A DNA stretch of 64,000 bases, from assembly GCF_000143415.4 (NCBI RefSeq), contig NW_003314281.1, forward strand, positions 1,403,882 through 1,467,881. Direction: 5' to 3'. The notes beneath the pieces are model-generated. The model saw only the letters and a program-made list of their open reading frames with translations. It was not told the origin of the DNA and ran no database searches. Both the position numbers and the translations under genes were made by a program. Position 1 is the stretch's first letter. Every line of letters begins with the position of its first letter. This stretch comes from Selaginella moellendorffii. Taxonomy: Eukaryota > Plantae > Lycopodiophyta. This document shows, one piece after another, positions 1-10,537 of this stretch.

Positions 1-1499
1 CCACATATAAAGATCCATCACCACCACCCAGCCGCGAGCTCTGGAGCATCGCACTTCCAGCGCCAGCTCCAACCTCGAAGCTCTTATGGGTTTTGCATGC
101 ATCCAGCAGCGCCATCCACGCCCTCGAATCCGTCTGGAATGGCATGCTCTTGATCAGCTCCTCCGCCTCACCGATCCTGCCCGATCGCCCAAGAGCGCTG
201 ATCAAACACCTGTAGTGCTCCGCCCCCGGATGAATCCCGTGATCAGATCTCATCGCCACGAAGCACTCCCAGATCTCGTCCAGCAATCCCGAGTGGCTGC
301 ACGCCCCCAGGATATTAGTGAAGGCCACCTCGTCGAGATGGATCCCCTCCAAGCACAGCGCCTGGAAGATCTCCATCGCTTGCCTGCCATGCCCGTGCTG
401 GGCATACGCCGCCACCGTCGCAGTCCAGGAGATGGTGTCCTTCATCCGATCAAACACCTCCCGTGAGGTGATCACATCCCCGAACCGCGAGATTGACGAG
501 CGTCGTGCCCACGACTGCGTCCCTGTCGAGGCTGGACTGGATCGCTCCGTCGCGAACGAGGAGGAAAGATCGCCCAAGCGCGTGCAAGCGGCGAGAACGG
601 TCGCAAGAGTGGAAGCGTTGGGTTTCACGCTGAGGATCATCTCCCTGTACAGCTCCAGCGCTTTCCTGTCGTGCCCCGCCATCGCTTCTGCAGCGCTCCA
701 GCAAAGAACATCTCTCCTAGAGATCTTTCGGAATGCCGATCGCGCACAGTTCAATCTCCCACAGCCAGTGTACAAGCTGGCGAGCGCGGTGCCGACGATG
801 GTATCCGTCTCAATCTGGGGGCCCAGCCGGGAATGGAGCAGCACTGCCTCTTCTATCGGCCCAAGCCCGCCAGCGCGTTAAGAAAGCTCGCGTACGCGAA
901 AGCATCGGGCTTCACACCACCAGACGCCATCTCCTGGTAGATCTTCAAAGATACTTCCAAATGCCCAGCTTCGGCATTTACTGCGACCATTGCGTTCCAC
1001 AACACAAAATTGCGGTGCGTCATTCGATCGAACAGCTGCTTCGCCCGATCGATTCTACCGCACTTGGCATACATCGTGACCAGAGCAGTTTAAAGGCCCA
1101 CGTCCTGTTTGATCCCTCTTTCCACGATTCGCTCGTGGATTTCCAGCCCCTGCTCCAGGCATTTCAATCTAGCGCGAGCGCGGGTGGATCTACGTGCTGG
1201 AACGGACGAGAGCTCGGTAGAGACAGAGCGCCTCTTGCTCCTTGCAGGCCCCAACGTATGCCGAGATGATGATCGCCCAGGAGAATTCGTTCCGGAGTGG
1301 CATGCTATCGAACGCCGCTCTGGCATCTTCCAGCCTCCCGCAAGCTCTGTACACCTGGACGGGCAAGTTGCCCACCGCTGTGGATAATCCGGGCATGGAC
1401 ACGCCTCCCGTCCTCGAGCAGTCTCGATCGGTCACACTTCCGGAGGATCGTCGCGTACTCCTGTCTGAGCTGAGCATACCTGGACTGTGGTGGTTCCAT
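1..1499 (-). pseudogene. Degenerate duplicate of the PPR gene at 5260-6867; runs off the window edge
   Basis: Near-identical DNA to 5294-6867 with the same MEPPQSRYAQLRQEY start at 1499. Many small deletions and frameshifts split the ORF. Confidence 0.9.
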
Positions 1500-1583
1500 C
1501 TCGATCCAGCGTGCACGTTTGCTAGATTATCTGCGAACTTGAGAAGATCCATTTCTTGGGAACTTACAAGATGAGAGTTCCAC

Positions 1584-1678
1584 TCACTCGTACTCTTCTG
1601 GAGGAGCTAGGCAATCCCGCACCAAGTATGGGTTCTCCATTGCCGCTACAACGCGCTCCTTGTCATTAAGTTGCTTGT
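1584..1678 (-). pseudogene. Orphan copy of the last exon of the AE7/CIA2 gene
   Basis: Encodes [28 protein letters not shown] and matches 6952-7058 apart from a 9-bp deletion. The splice acceptor and upstream exons are missing. Confidence 0.85.
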
Positions 1679-1929
1679 TAATGATCCATGTCGTACTTCC
1701 ATGTCGTACTTCCACGTCGTACTTGCGGCCCATTGCAAACTCGCCAGCGTGGCAGAACGCCGACAGCACGGTAATCATCGTGACGTCGCTGGGAGCCGCA
1801 CTGCCGGCCTGGATCATCCGGTGGAACACCCACAGTGTGCCGTAGTGGTTGCCATTCTGCGAATATGCCATCACCATGGTTGTCCACAGCACCGCGTCGT
1901 CATTGCACCTCTGCCGCACGCGGCAGAAG

Positions 1930-2262
1930 AGGCAGTTCTTGGGTAGGGCAAGCACGTTCCCGCCCAGAACGGGCGAGTCGGGTGTTAGCCCTGCGAGCTC
2001 ATTTTGGAGGGAATGAGTGAGCCCGTGCCCGGGAACGGCTTTGTTGGGAAACTGTTAACGGACATGTGGAAGAATGTTATTCGAGGATAATAGAGTTCTC
2101 CAGAATTGGCAGCTAGTAGCTTGGTTCTCCAGAACCTGGCAGTTGGCAGTTGGGTTCTAGAGAACCTGGCAGTTGTCAGCCACGTTCTTGCAAAGAACCT
2201 GACTCGATCCGACAGCTGCCAATAGTTGGATCAAGTTAACGGGTGAGCCATAGCCCATTAAG
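1930..2262 (+). mobile_element. Small non-autonomous element without TSD, copy 1 (AGGCAGTTC...CCCATTAAG)
   Basis: Absent from the parent gene (agaag|agctcc at 13161-13171). It is the reverse complement of 2587-2947. Confidence 0.8.
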
Positions 2263-2586
2263 AGCTCCTTTGCGTGGGGCAGGTTGTCGCACTTGGCGTA
2301 CATGTTGACCGTGCTGGTCAGTGCAACCACGTCACTTCTTTCGTACAACCCAGCCACCACAATTCCCTCCCGGAGCACGGACACCACGGCTCAGGAATCA
2401 AACACGGGCAAGAAGCTCGCCTGGTTGGGTTTGATTCCCTCCAGGTCCATGAGACGAAACACTCCCAGCACTTGCTCTACGTGCCCTTGCTGTGCATATG
2501 CTAGGATTATCTCATTCCACGTCGCCACGCCCTTGTACGGCACTATGTTGAAAAAATGCCAGGCCCCCGCAGCTGACGTACACGTC

Positions 2587-2947
2587 CTTAACAGGCTGTG
2601 GCTCGCCCGTTAACTTGATCCAGCCGTTGGCAGCCATTGGATCGAGTCAGGTTCTCTACGAGAATTTTACTGTTGTCAGCCACATTCTGGAGAACGTACC
2701 AGGTTTTGGAGAACGTGGCTGACAACTGCCAGGTTCTCCAGAACCCAGCTGCCAGCCGCCAGGTTCTGGAGAACCCTCTCATCCTCCAATAACGTTATTA
2801 CACGTGTCCATTAACGGTCTTGCCACAGCCCGTTAAGGCCGTTCCTGGGCACAGCCTCGCTCGTTCCCTCCAGAATGCGCTCGCCAGGCTAACGCTCGGC
2901 TCACCCGTTCTGGGCGGGAACGTGCTCGCCCTACCCGGGAACTGCCT
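2587..2947 (-). mobile_element. Small non-autonomous element without TSD, copy 2, opposite orientation
   Basis: Absent from the parent gene (cacgtc|catcatg at 13495-13507). Same termini as copy 1, a terminal hairpin and internal GTTCTNNAGAAC palindromes. Confidence 0.8.
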
Positions 2948-3938
2948 CATCATGTCCACAGCTCTCTGCAGATGCCAACATCGGGTATTTTCTTTCACTA
3001 TAGCTTTCCAGTGCAGCCTTTGTCCGGCATAGACTCAAACAAAAATCTTGCCCTAGAGAACATACCGTTAACCAAGTAGGCTTTGAGCATGTTTAGATAG
3101 CATTTTGGTCCCTTTTCCTTGATTGGAAAGAACACCTCCTCCACCTCTCCAATATGCCTATTTTGGGCATATGCTGCAATCATAGATGCATGAGTGATAT
3201 CACTTGGATTATAGACTTTTGTGTATGCAGTGTAAACATCTTTGATTAAGCCATACAATTTATTTAAGTAAGTAATGCCACCTACACTTAAATTGTGTAT
3301 TAGTTCTTTTTATGTCCCTCTTTAGAAATTCATTTATTAATCGCTTCATATTTATTTTCAAACACTTATTTTAGAGTTCCATTCCTGCTTTTAGCTTTTT
3401 GAATTAAAGATTTTAATTTAAATGTGTTATGCTTGTTAAATTTCTATTTAGGCCACTACTACATAACACACTTTGTGTTTAAAAGTTTATATCTTACACC
3501 AACTGTTATATCTTTGTAAAAACTCACTAAATTTTTGAGATTTTTGGATTGATGGAAATGAGTTTTAGACTTGGAGGTGATATGGATCAGCATTCAATCC
3601 ATAATTTAGGAAAACATTGTATGCATTAAAATGTTTTTTTGAGTTCATGTGAGTTTGATCCATCTTTTTGTTTTAGCTCATATTAAGAGACAATCATTTT
3701 TAAACAACATTTTAAATAGCATAGCTAATTTAGGGGGCATGTATTCTCAATAAAAAATGAAAATGATGTGAATATTACCTTAGTACAAACTCCTAATAAA
3801 TAGAAACAAAAGCAGAATTATCTCATGCCGAGTACAGCCCTTTATATATTTCTATCTATCTTGCAGCAGTTAGAGACACCTGAAGTGTGATGCATAATTC
3901 TGATCTTAATTAATATTTATATTGGAAAACCATCTAGA

Positions 3939-4838
3939 TTAAAAACATAGAATTTTTTCCTTTCTTTTAATTATATCAAATAAACATATCGATCCAGACT
4001 TTCGTATAGCTAAACAAACCCTTCCATACATATTGCAATTTGAACAAAGCTTTTTTGTTGACCATAAAATATTTTTAATGCCTTGTATAACGGCATTTCC
4101 GCTTGATTTTATTTGCAAATAGCAGTTAGTGTCTTTATTTCTTGTAAAACTTTCCCATATTACTTTTTTTGGTAAATAATTTTTATCATATAATTTAAGG
4201 TCACAATTTGATTCCATTGTCATTCTATACCTATGATTTAAGGAATGCAAACTGTTCCCTTCAGGGAGATAAGTTCCAAAAAACTGATCAGGACCACTTA
4301 TAAGTTGATAAGTATAAGGCCAACAGGTATTTGACCCAATATCAAAATTATAACTTATTTTATGGGGCGAAATTAGTGGGGGATCAATATGAGGATCTCT
4401 TGTAGCTTCTCCATTATTTATATATTCAAGCTCATAATTTTCAGAAGTAATAATAAGATGACCCCATGCATTTAGTAATGCTTCTCTTATAAATGTTGAA
4501 TATAATTCTTGTATTCCTTTATATAATTGCTTACTAGTAATTTGGATGATGGAATCAGGATTCATAGAACAACTATGATAATCACCAGCTGATTCACTAA
4601 ATGTACGAATAATAATTTTTGTATTAGGAACATTTCCAATATCACTCATACCTATTGAACCTAATTGATAATTTTCATTTCCATTGTATAATATGTCAAG
4701 CAGTAAAACAACAGTGTTTATGATAGTTTTAATATGAGAATCAGAAAGATGACCATGCTTATTACAAACTCTAACAAACTGAGACTGCAGATTATCACAT
4801 AAAATTAAAAGTAGAATAAGAACGAATGTCTTCATCAT
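3939..4838 (-). CDS. Putative secreted protein with a C-terminal bulb-type (B-/GNA) lectin domain
   Basis: Intronless ORF of about 299 aa in very AT-rich DNA with a signal-peptide-like N-terminus (MMKTFVLILLLILC). The C-terminus LPEGNSLHSLNHRYRMTMESNCDLKLYD..VIWES.T..CYLQIKSSGNAVI..ILWST fits the B-lectin pattern. Confidence 0.65.
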   Translation of the reverse strand: MMKTFVLILLLILCDNLQSQFVRVCNKHGHLSDSHIKTIINTVVLLLDILYNGNENYQLGSIGMSDIGNVPNTKIIIRTFSESAGDYHSCSMNPDSIIQITSKQLYKGIQELYSTFIREALLNAWGHLIITSENYELEYINNGEATRDPHIDPPLISPHKISYNFDIGSNTCWPYTYQLISGPDQFFGTYLPEGNSLHSLNHRYRMTMESNCDLKLYDKNYLPKKVIWESFTRNKDTNCYLQIKSSGNAVIQGIKNILWSTKKLCSNCNMYGRVCLAIRKSGSICLFDIIKRKEKILCF

Positions 4839-5259
4839 CAAGAGGTAAATTAATACCGCAATTATTTACTTCTAAACAATTATAAATGCCGAAAAACATA
4901 GAAGCCTTTTATATAGTACATGAGATGGCACCCAGATGGCAATCCACAAAGGCCTATCTTTTATCTCCTCACTCAAGAATGGCTGTCGTATAGATTGGAC
5001 ACTGCCACGTATAGAGATCCATCCACAAGCTCTACTTCCATCAGCTCCAACCTCGAAGCTCTTATAATTACTTACTAGTAATTTGGATGATAGGATCAGG
5101 ATCCATAGAACAAGTGTGGTAATGATCAGTTGATTCACTATACATCAATAGGTGTGAGAGATATTGAAATTATTCCTAATTGTAAGCAATAGAAGCCGTT
5201 TATTTAAATAATAGAGCAGATGGCAGCCTATCTTCTTAACAATGCTTATATCTGCTCGC

Positions 5260-6867
5260 TCAACAATGGCTGTCGTATAGATTGGACACTGCCACATATA
5301 AAGATCCATCACCACCACCCAGCCGCGAGCTCTGGAGCATCGCACTTCCAGCGCCAGCTCCAACCTCGAAGCTCTTATGGGTTTTGCATGCATCCAGCAG
5401 CGCCATCCACGCCCTCGAATCCGTCTGGAATGGCATGCTCTTGATCAGCTCCTCCGCCTCACCGATCCTGCCCGATCGCCCAAGAGCGCTGATCAAACAC
5501 CTGTAGTGCTCCGCCCCCGGATGAATCCCGTGATCACATCTCATCGCCACGAAGCACTCCCAGATCTCGTCCAGCAATCCCGAGTGGCTGCACGCCCCCA
5601 GGATGTTAGTGAAGGCCACCTCGTCGAGATGGATCCCCTCCAAGCACAGCGCCTGGAAGATCTCCATCGCTTGCCTGCCATGCCCGTGCTGGGCATACGC
5701 CGCCACCATCGCAGTCCAGGAGATGGTGTCCCTCGCCTTGATCCGATCAAACACCTCCCGTGCGGCGATCACATCCCCAAACCGCGCGTAGAGATTGACG
5801 AGCGTCGTGCCAACGACTGCGTCCCTGTCGAGGCCGGACTGGATCGCTCCGTCGCGAACGAGGGCGCCGGAGGAAAGATCGCCCAAGCGCGTGCAAGCGG
5901 CGAGAACAGTCGCGAGTGTGGAAGCGTTGGGCCTCACGCTGAGGATCATCTCCCTGTATAGCTCCAGCGCTTCCCTGTCGTGCCCCGCCATGGCTTCTGC
6001 CGAGATCATCGTGCTCCAGCAAAGAACATCTCTCCTAGAGATCTTTCGGAATGCCGATCTCGCACAGTCCAATCTCCCACAGCCAGTGTACAAGCTGACG
6101 AGCGCGGTGCCGACGATGGTATCTGTCTCGATCTGGGAGCCCAGCCGGGAATGGAGCAGCACTGCCTCTTCTATCCGGCCCAAGCCCGCCAGCGCGTTAA
6201 GAACGCTCGCGTACGTGAAAGCATCGGGCTTCACACCAGCAGACACCATCTCCTGGTAGATCTTCAAAGCTACTTCCAAATGCCCAGCTTCGGCATTTGC
6301 TGAGACCATTGCGTTCCACGACACAACATCCCGATGCGTGATCCGATCGAACACCTGCTTCGCTCGATCGATTCTACCGCACTTGGCATACATCGTGACT
6401 AGCGCATTTTGAAGGCCCACGTCCTGTTTGACCCCTCTTTTCACGATTCGCTCGTGGATTTCCAGCCCCTGCTCCAGGCATTTCAATCTAGCGCAAGCGG
6501 CAAGAACGCTGGAGAAGATGAACGCGTCCGCCTGGATCTCCGTGCTGGAACGGACGAGAGTTCGGTAAAGACAGAGCGCCTCTTGCTCCTTGCCGGCCCC
6601 AACGTATGCCGAGATGATGATCGCCCAGGAGAATTCGTTCCGGAGTGGCATGCTATCGAACACCGCTCTGGCATCTTCCAGCCTCCCGCAATCTCTGTAC
6701 ATCTGGACGAGCAAGTTACCCAGGAACCTGTCGCGGGTGTGGCCGCTGTGGATGATCCGGGCATGGACACGCCTCCCGTCCTCGAGCAGCCTCGATCGGG
6801 CACACTTCCGGAGGATCGTCGCGTACTCCTGCCTGAGCTGAGCATACCTGGACTGTGGTGGTTCCAT
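5260..6867 (-). CDS. PLS-class pentatricopeptide repeat protein with E domain and no DYW (PPR1)
   Basis: 535-aa intronless ORF with repeated LVxMYAKCGx..AxxVFD..RDVVSWNAM motifs and an E domain (HYRCLISALGRSGR..MPFQTDSRAWMALLDAC). Confidence 0.93.
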   Translation of the reverse strand: MEPPQSRYAQLRQEYATILRKCARSRLLEDGRRVHARIIHSGHTRDRFLGNLLVQMYRDCGRLEDARAVFDSMPLRNEFSWAIIISAYVGAGKEQEALCLYRTLVRSSTEIQADAFIFSSVLAACARLKCLEQGLEIHERIVKRGVKQDVGLQNALVTMYAKCGRIDRAKQVFDRITHRDVVSWNAMVSANAEAGHLEVALKIYQEMVSAGVKPDAFTYASVLNALAGLGRIEEAVLLHSRLGSQIETDTIVGTALVSLYTGCGRLDCARSAFRKISRRDVLCWSTMISAEAMAGHDREALELYREMILSVRPNASTLATVLAACTRLGDLSSGALVRDGAIQSGLDRDAVVGTTLVNLYARFGDVIAAREVFDRIKARDTISWTAMVAAYAQHGHGRQAMEIFQALCLEGIHLDEVAFTNILGACSHSGLLDEIWECFVAMRCDHGIHPGAEHYRCLISALGRSGRIGEAEELIKSMPFQTDSRAWMALLDACKTHKSFEVGAGAGSAMLQSSRLGGGDGSLYVAVSNLYDSHC

Positions 6868-6951
6868 CTCGATCCAACGAGCACGTTTGCTAGATTATCT
6901 GCGAACTTGAGAAGATCTATTTCTTGGGAACTTACAAGATGAGAGTTCCAC

Positions 6952-7656
6952 TCACTCGTACTCTTCTGGAGGAGCTAGGCAATCCCGCACGGTTTGAGCC
7001 AAGTATGGGTTCTCCATTGCCGCTACAACGCGCTCCTTGTCATTAAGTTGCTTGTTCACTGCAAGAATGATCCATGATCCACAAACGAAAAGCTTTCCAG
7101 GAATTTTTCTTACCCGCAGCCGCGGTAGAGTGAGAACCTGGTGCCACTCTTATATCCACCTAAGATCAAAACCACTCAAACTCGAGAAAACTGGAAGAGA
7201 AGCCATACCTTGAAGCGAGGTGGAAGAGAGTGCATGAGCTTCACTCGAATGCACAGTCCAATCAGCGTTGCCATGCTACAGTGCTGGACTGTGGGAGTAA
7301 ATGTGACCCTTGCAAATTCATCAGGCTAAACCAATCTAGAAGAAGAGAGAAATTTCTTTCGTCCATACCTCACATAGCTTTGCTTATCGTCCACTTCGAT
7401 CCCCTCTTCAGCGAGCACATTTAGCTGCTCCAGCGAGTATGGATGCTCCGGATCGCGGATATCCCTCAAGTGCTGTGCTAAAATCGTCAAGGAAACCAAG
7501 AAACCGAGGCCAAATTCTGTCCAGGCCAAGAAAAAGGATATCAAAAACCTCCAAGGCGTCGATTTCTTCCGCGGCGCTCTCGTCTCCGATAGAAGGGCGC
7601 TGCCGCCGCGTCGCCTTGCGCTCATGGATCACCGGATTCGCATTCTGGAGCGCCAT
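6952..7656 (-). CDS. AE7: AE7/CIA2 (MIP18/FAM96 family) cytosolic Fe-S assembly protein, 5 exons
   Basis: Spliced product [100 protein letters not shown]. Intron 1 is AT-AC and the others are GT-AG. Confidence 0.93.
7475..7541 (-). other. U12-type AT-AC intron (67 nt) in AE7
   Basis: 5' site ATATCCTTT, branch point TTTCCTTGAC and 3' AC. Removing it restores the conserved frame. Confidence 0.92.
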
Positions 7657-7770
7657 GACATATACCCTAGAAGAAGAGGGGATATTCCCACGGAGAATAT
7701 TCGTTAAAGCATATTCTGAGAGAATATCCTCAATTTGAAATTCTTATGAAAGTTCGCATAGAAATCTCGC

Positions 7771-9456
7771 ATGAAATGGAGGAGAGTTTGGCTCTCTCGA
7801 TCCTACAGCACCCTCCTCCTTCCGGAAGAGATCCACAGGCTGCGCAACAGCCTCGCTCACGCAGACTCGGCAACGTTTGCTCTGCTGCTCCGGCACTGCA
7901 GCAACGCGAGGGCGCTACAACAGGGCAAGTTGATCCATTCGTATATCATCGACAAAGGCTACGGTCAGGACACCTTCCTCGGTAATCTCTTGGTAAAAAT
8001 GTACTCCGACTGTGACTGCATTCAGGACGCCCAGGCGGTGTTCTCTAGCATCCGTCACAAGAACGTCTTCTCGTGGAACATCATGACTGCAGCATTTGCC
8101 CAAACGCGGGATATGCAGAAAGCGAGGAAATGCTTTGATCAGACACCGCGGAAAGACGCAGTTTCATGGACGACCATGATGTCGGCTTATACGCAAGTTG
8201 GAAAGTGCAAAGAGGCCTTGCAGCTGTTCAAGCTCATGGATCTGAGCGGTGTCTACCCGGATCAAGGCGCATTCGTCAGCGTTCTCAATGCCTGTGCTAG
8301 CGAAGCCTCGGCATCCGAGAGGAGAGAAATCCTAGAGCACCTTGAAGCTGGAGTTTCGGATCTGGATGTGGTGCTTGGAACTTCCATGGTTGGCATCTAC
8401 GGGAAGTCTGGAGAGATTGACAAGGCCCGAGCGGTGTTTCGACAAATGCCCAAGAGGAACGTTGTCTCGTGGACGGTGATGGTCGAGGCAACTGTGGAGG
8501 ATGGGAACCTCCAGAGGGCGAGGGAGCTCTTTGAGAAGATGCCGGAATGGACGACGGCTTCGTGGGTGGTAGTGATCAGCGCTTACGCAAGGCTCGGGGA
8601 ATTGCTCGAGGCCGAGAGTTTGCTTGACAGAATGCTGTATCAAAACGTTGCCGCCTGGACTGTCGTAATTGCAGCAAATGCACATATGGGGCATGTGCAA
8701 GAGGCTGCGTTTCTGTTTCAGCGAATGGATCAGGCGGGCGTGCCTCCGGATAAGATCACACTCGTCAACATTCTGGATGGCTGCGCAAAGTTTGGGGCGC
8801 TAGCTATCGCGAAAACCATCGAATCTGGAATCGCAGATACCGAGTTCATGAAGGATGACGCTGTAGTCACGAATTTAATCAACGTTCATGGCAAGTGCAG
8901 CAGCGTGAAGCACGCAATCGAGCTCTTCGAGGGAGAGGCCTTCCTCCTGGACAGTGTGATTCTATGGTCATCTACAATGGCAGCACTCGCACAGAACGAT
9001 CGAGCGCGCGAAGCGATCGAGCTCTTCCACTGCCTACAACTTTACGGGATGGAACCAACGAGGATCACTTTCAGCATCGTTCTCTTCGTTTGCAGTCACG
9101 GTGGCATGATGAAACGAGGGTGGGAGAGCTTCCTGGCTATGCAAGCTGATCACTTCCTCAACCCGGATGTTGATCACTTCGTTTCCATGATCGACCTCCT
9201 GGGAAGATGCGGATGGCTCGACCTTGCTTTCGAGCTGATCGAGACAATGCCGTTTGTGCCAGACGACGTTGCTTGGACGATCCTGCTCAACACATCCAAG
9301 CTCTACGATGAGTCGACACGAGCGCGGTTGGCGGCGAAGCACCTGATGGAACTTGGAGACGAAGACTCGGCGCCTTATGTCTTGCTAGCTGGTGTTTGCC
9401 GTTCTAGCTCTCCGCAACAAGACGAGGAACTCTTTCCCCACAGCCTCTCGCTGTGA
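7771..9456 (+). CDS. PLS-class PPR protein with E domain (PPR2)
   Basis: 561-aa ORF with PPR motifs, an E domain (HFVSMIDLLGRCG..MPFVPDDVAWTILL) and an Arg/Ser-rich presequence-like N-terminus. Confidence 0.92.
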   Translation: MKWRRVWLSRSYSTLLLPEEIHRLRNSLAHADSATFALLLRHCSNARALQQGKLIHSYIIDKGYGQDTFLGNLLVKMYSDCDCIQDAQAVFSSIRHKNVFSWNIMTAAFAQTRDMQKARKCFDQTPRKDAVSWTTMMSAYTQVGKCKEALQLFKLMDLSGVYPDQGAFVSVLNACASEASASERREILEHLEAGVSDLDVVLGTSMVGIYGKSGEIDKARAVFRQMPKRNVVSWTVMVEATVEDGNLQRARELFEKMPEWTTASWVVVISAYARLGELLEAESLLDRMLYQNVAAWTVVIAANAHMGHVQEAAFLFQRMDQAGVPPDKITLVNILDGCAKFGALAIAKTIESGIADTEFMKDDAVVTNLINVHGKCSSVKHAIELFEGEAFLLDSVILWSSTMAALAQNDRAREAIELFHCLQLYGMEPTRITFSIVLFVCSHGGMMKRGWESFLAMQADHFLNPDVDHFVSMIDLLGRCGWLDLAFELIETMPFVPDDVAWTILLNTSKLYDESTRARLAAKHLMELGDEDSAPYVLLAGVCRSSSPQQDEELFPHSLSL

Positions 9457-10476
9457 TTGTATGAGCTTCTGGACCTCGCTAAGTTTCTGCTTGAGGCCGG
9501 GGGCACTGGATGACAAAGCCATCTCAAGCATAATGTCCATAGACATCTGCGAGGCTTCAACTTTCTCAGGAGCAGCCCGAGCTGATGCAAGTCAAAAGAC
9601 TTTGGAGTACCTGCGATTCACAAAGGTTGAGAGTGTGTAGTCCGTGAGCATCTCCCTCATCTTAGTGCCTGCCTTACCAACAGGTTCCACACCAACAACA
9701 CGAGTAACTCTTTCCTTACAATGTGATTGTATGTTCAAACTCGACAAGCTGGGATTGGACATCACTCGTGTACAAGGTGGAGGACTATCACTTCGAAGTG
9801 AACGCAACTTTAGTTTATGGAAAGTAGTGTGAGTATCACCACTACAACTCCGCCTTGTATTGATCCCAAATTTCTATGATCTTGACGCATCCCTCGCATC
9901 GCCGAGAAGAGCCTCTCGTGTTTCTTAAACAGCGGCAGCATCCTGCAGGAAACACAGCCGATTTCAAGTCGAGACATACCCGGTGGGTTTCATATGCTTG
10001 CACGTTGACAAGAAGAGGAAGTAGAGCTTGAAGAACAGCAAAACGAGCTTGCTTGTTTCCCAAGTTGTATGCCATACCCAATGGTTCTAACTTCTTCTGT
10101 GAAGCTCTCTTGACGATGAGCTGCCACTTGAGACCGGCGAAAGCAAAGGCGAGCAAGAATTTGACGTTGCCATACGCACCTCACTCAGTTTGCTGGAGAT
10201 TTCGTTGGACGCCACGGTGAAGTCACGTTCGTCGGCCTTCCCTTCTCCAAGCATGAACGGGATGTCCTGGAACTGGAGCAAGAACTCGGGCCTCTTCCTC
10301 TTGCGGCACCACTTTGCCGTTTGTGTTGACATGGAATCGGTTGCGGTCTCAACTGTAGCCATTGAGAAGTAGTAGTCGGACCGGTTATCCATATCCGAAA
10401 AGCTCTTGAGGCATTGAACGATGGCATAGAAGTTCAAGAAGTTGTAATTTCGGTAGATTTTATCGTCACTTGTCAT
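9385..10476 (-). other. Unknown spliced gene or pseudogene
   Basis: Consecutive protein-like minus-strand frames (10476-10184, 10156-9842, 9807-9592, 9591-9385) with a GAG|GTGCGT donor, a KWCRKRKRP basic patch and a Cys cluster. I recognise no family. Confidence 0.3.
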
Positions 10477-10537
10477 TCAAAAATAATGGTGGAAGAATAT
10501 TCTCCACCATGAAAGCGCGGGAATGAATTGATGGTAA

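Larger units (their letters stand above)
1711..3260 (-). pseudogene. Fragmented copy of the PPR gene at 12646-14031, interrupted by two insertions
   Basis: 1711-1929, 2263-2586 and 2948-3260 align collinearly with about 12925-13865 (CRVRQRCNDDAVLWTTMV; KVYNPSDITHA.MIAAYAQN). Confidence 0.88.

Noticed and set aside
2095-2200. GTTCTNNAGAAC repeats as heat-shock elements
   Set aside because: TTC-GAA spacing is 4 nt rather than the 2 nt of nGAAn arrays, so they are treated as element-internal palindromes.
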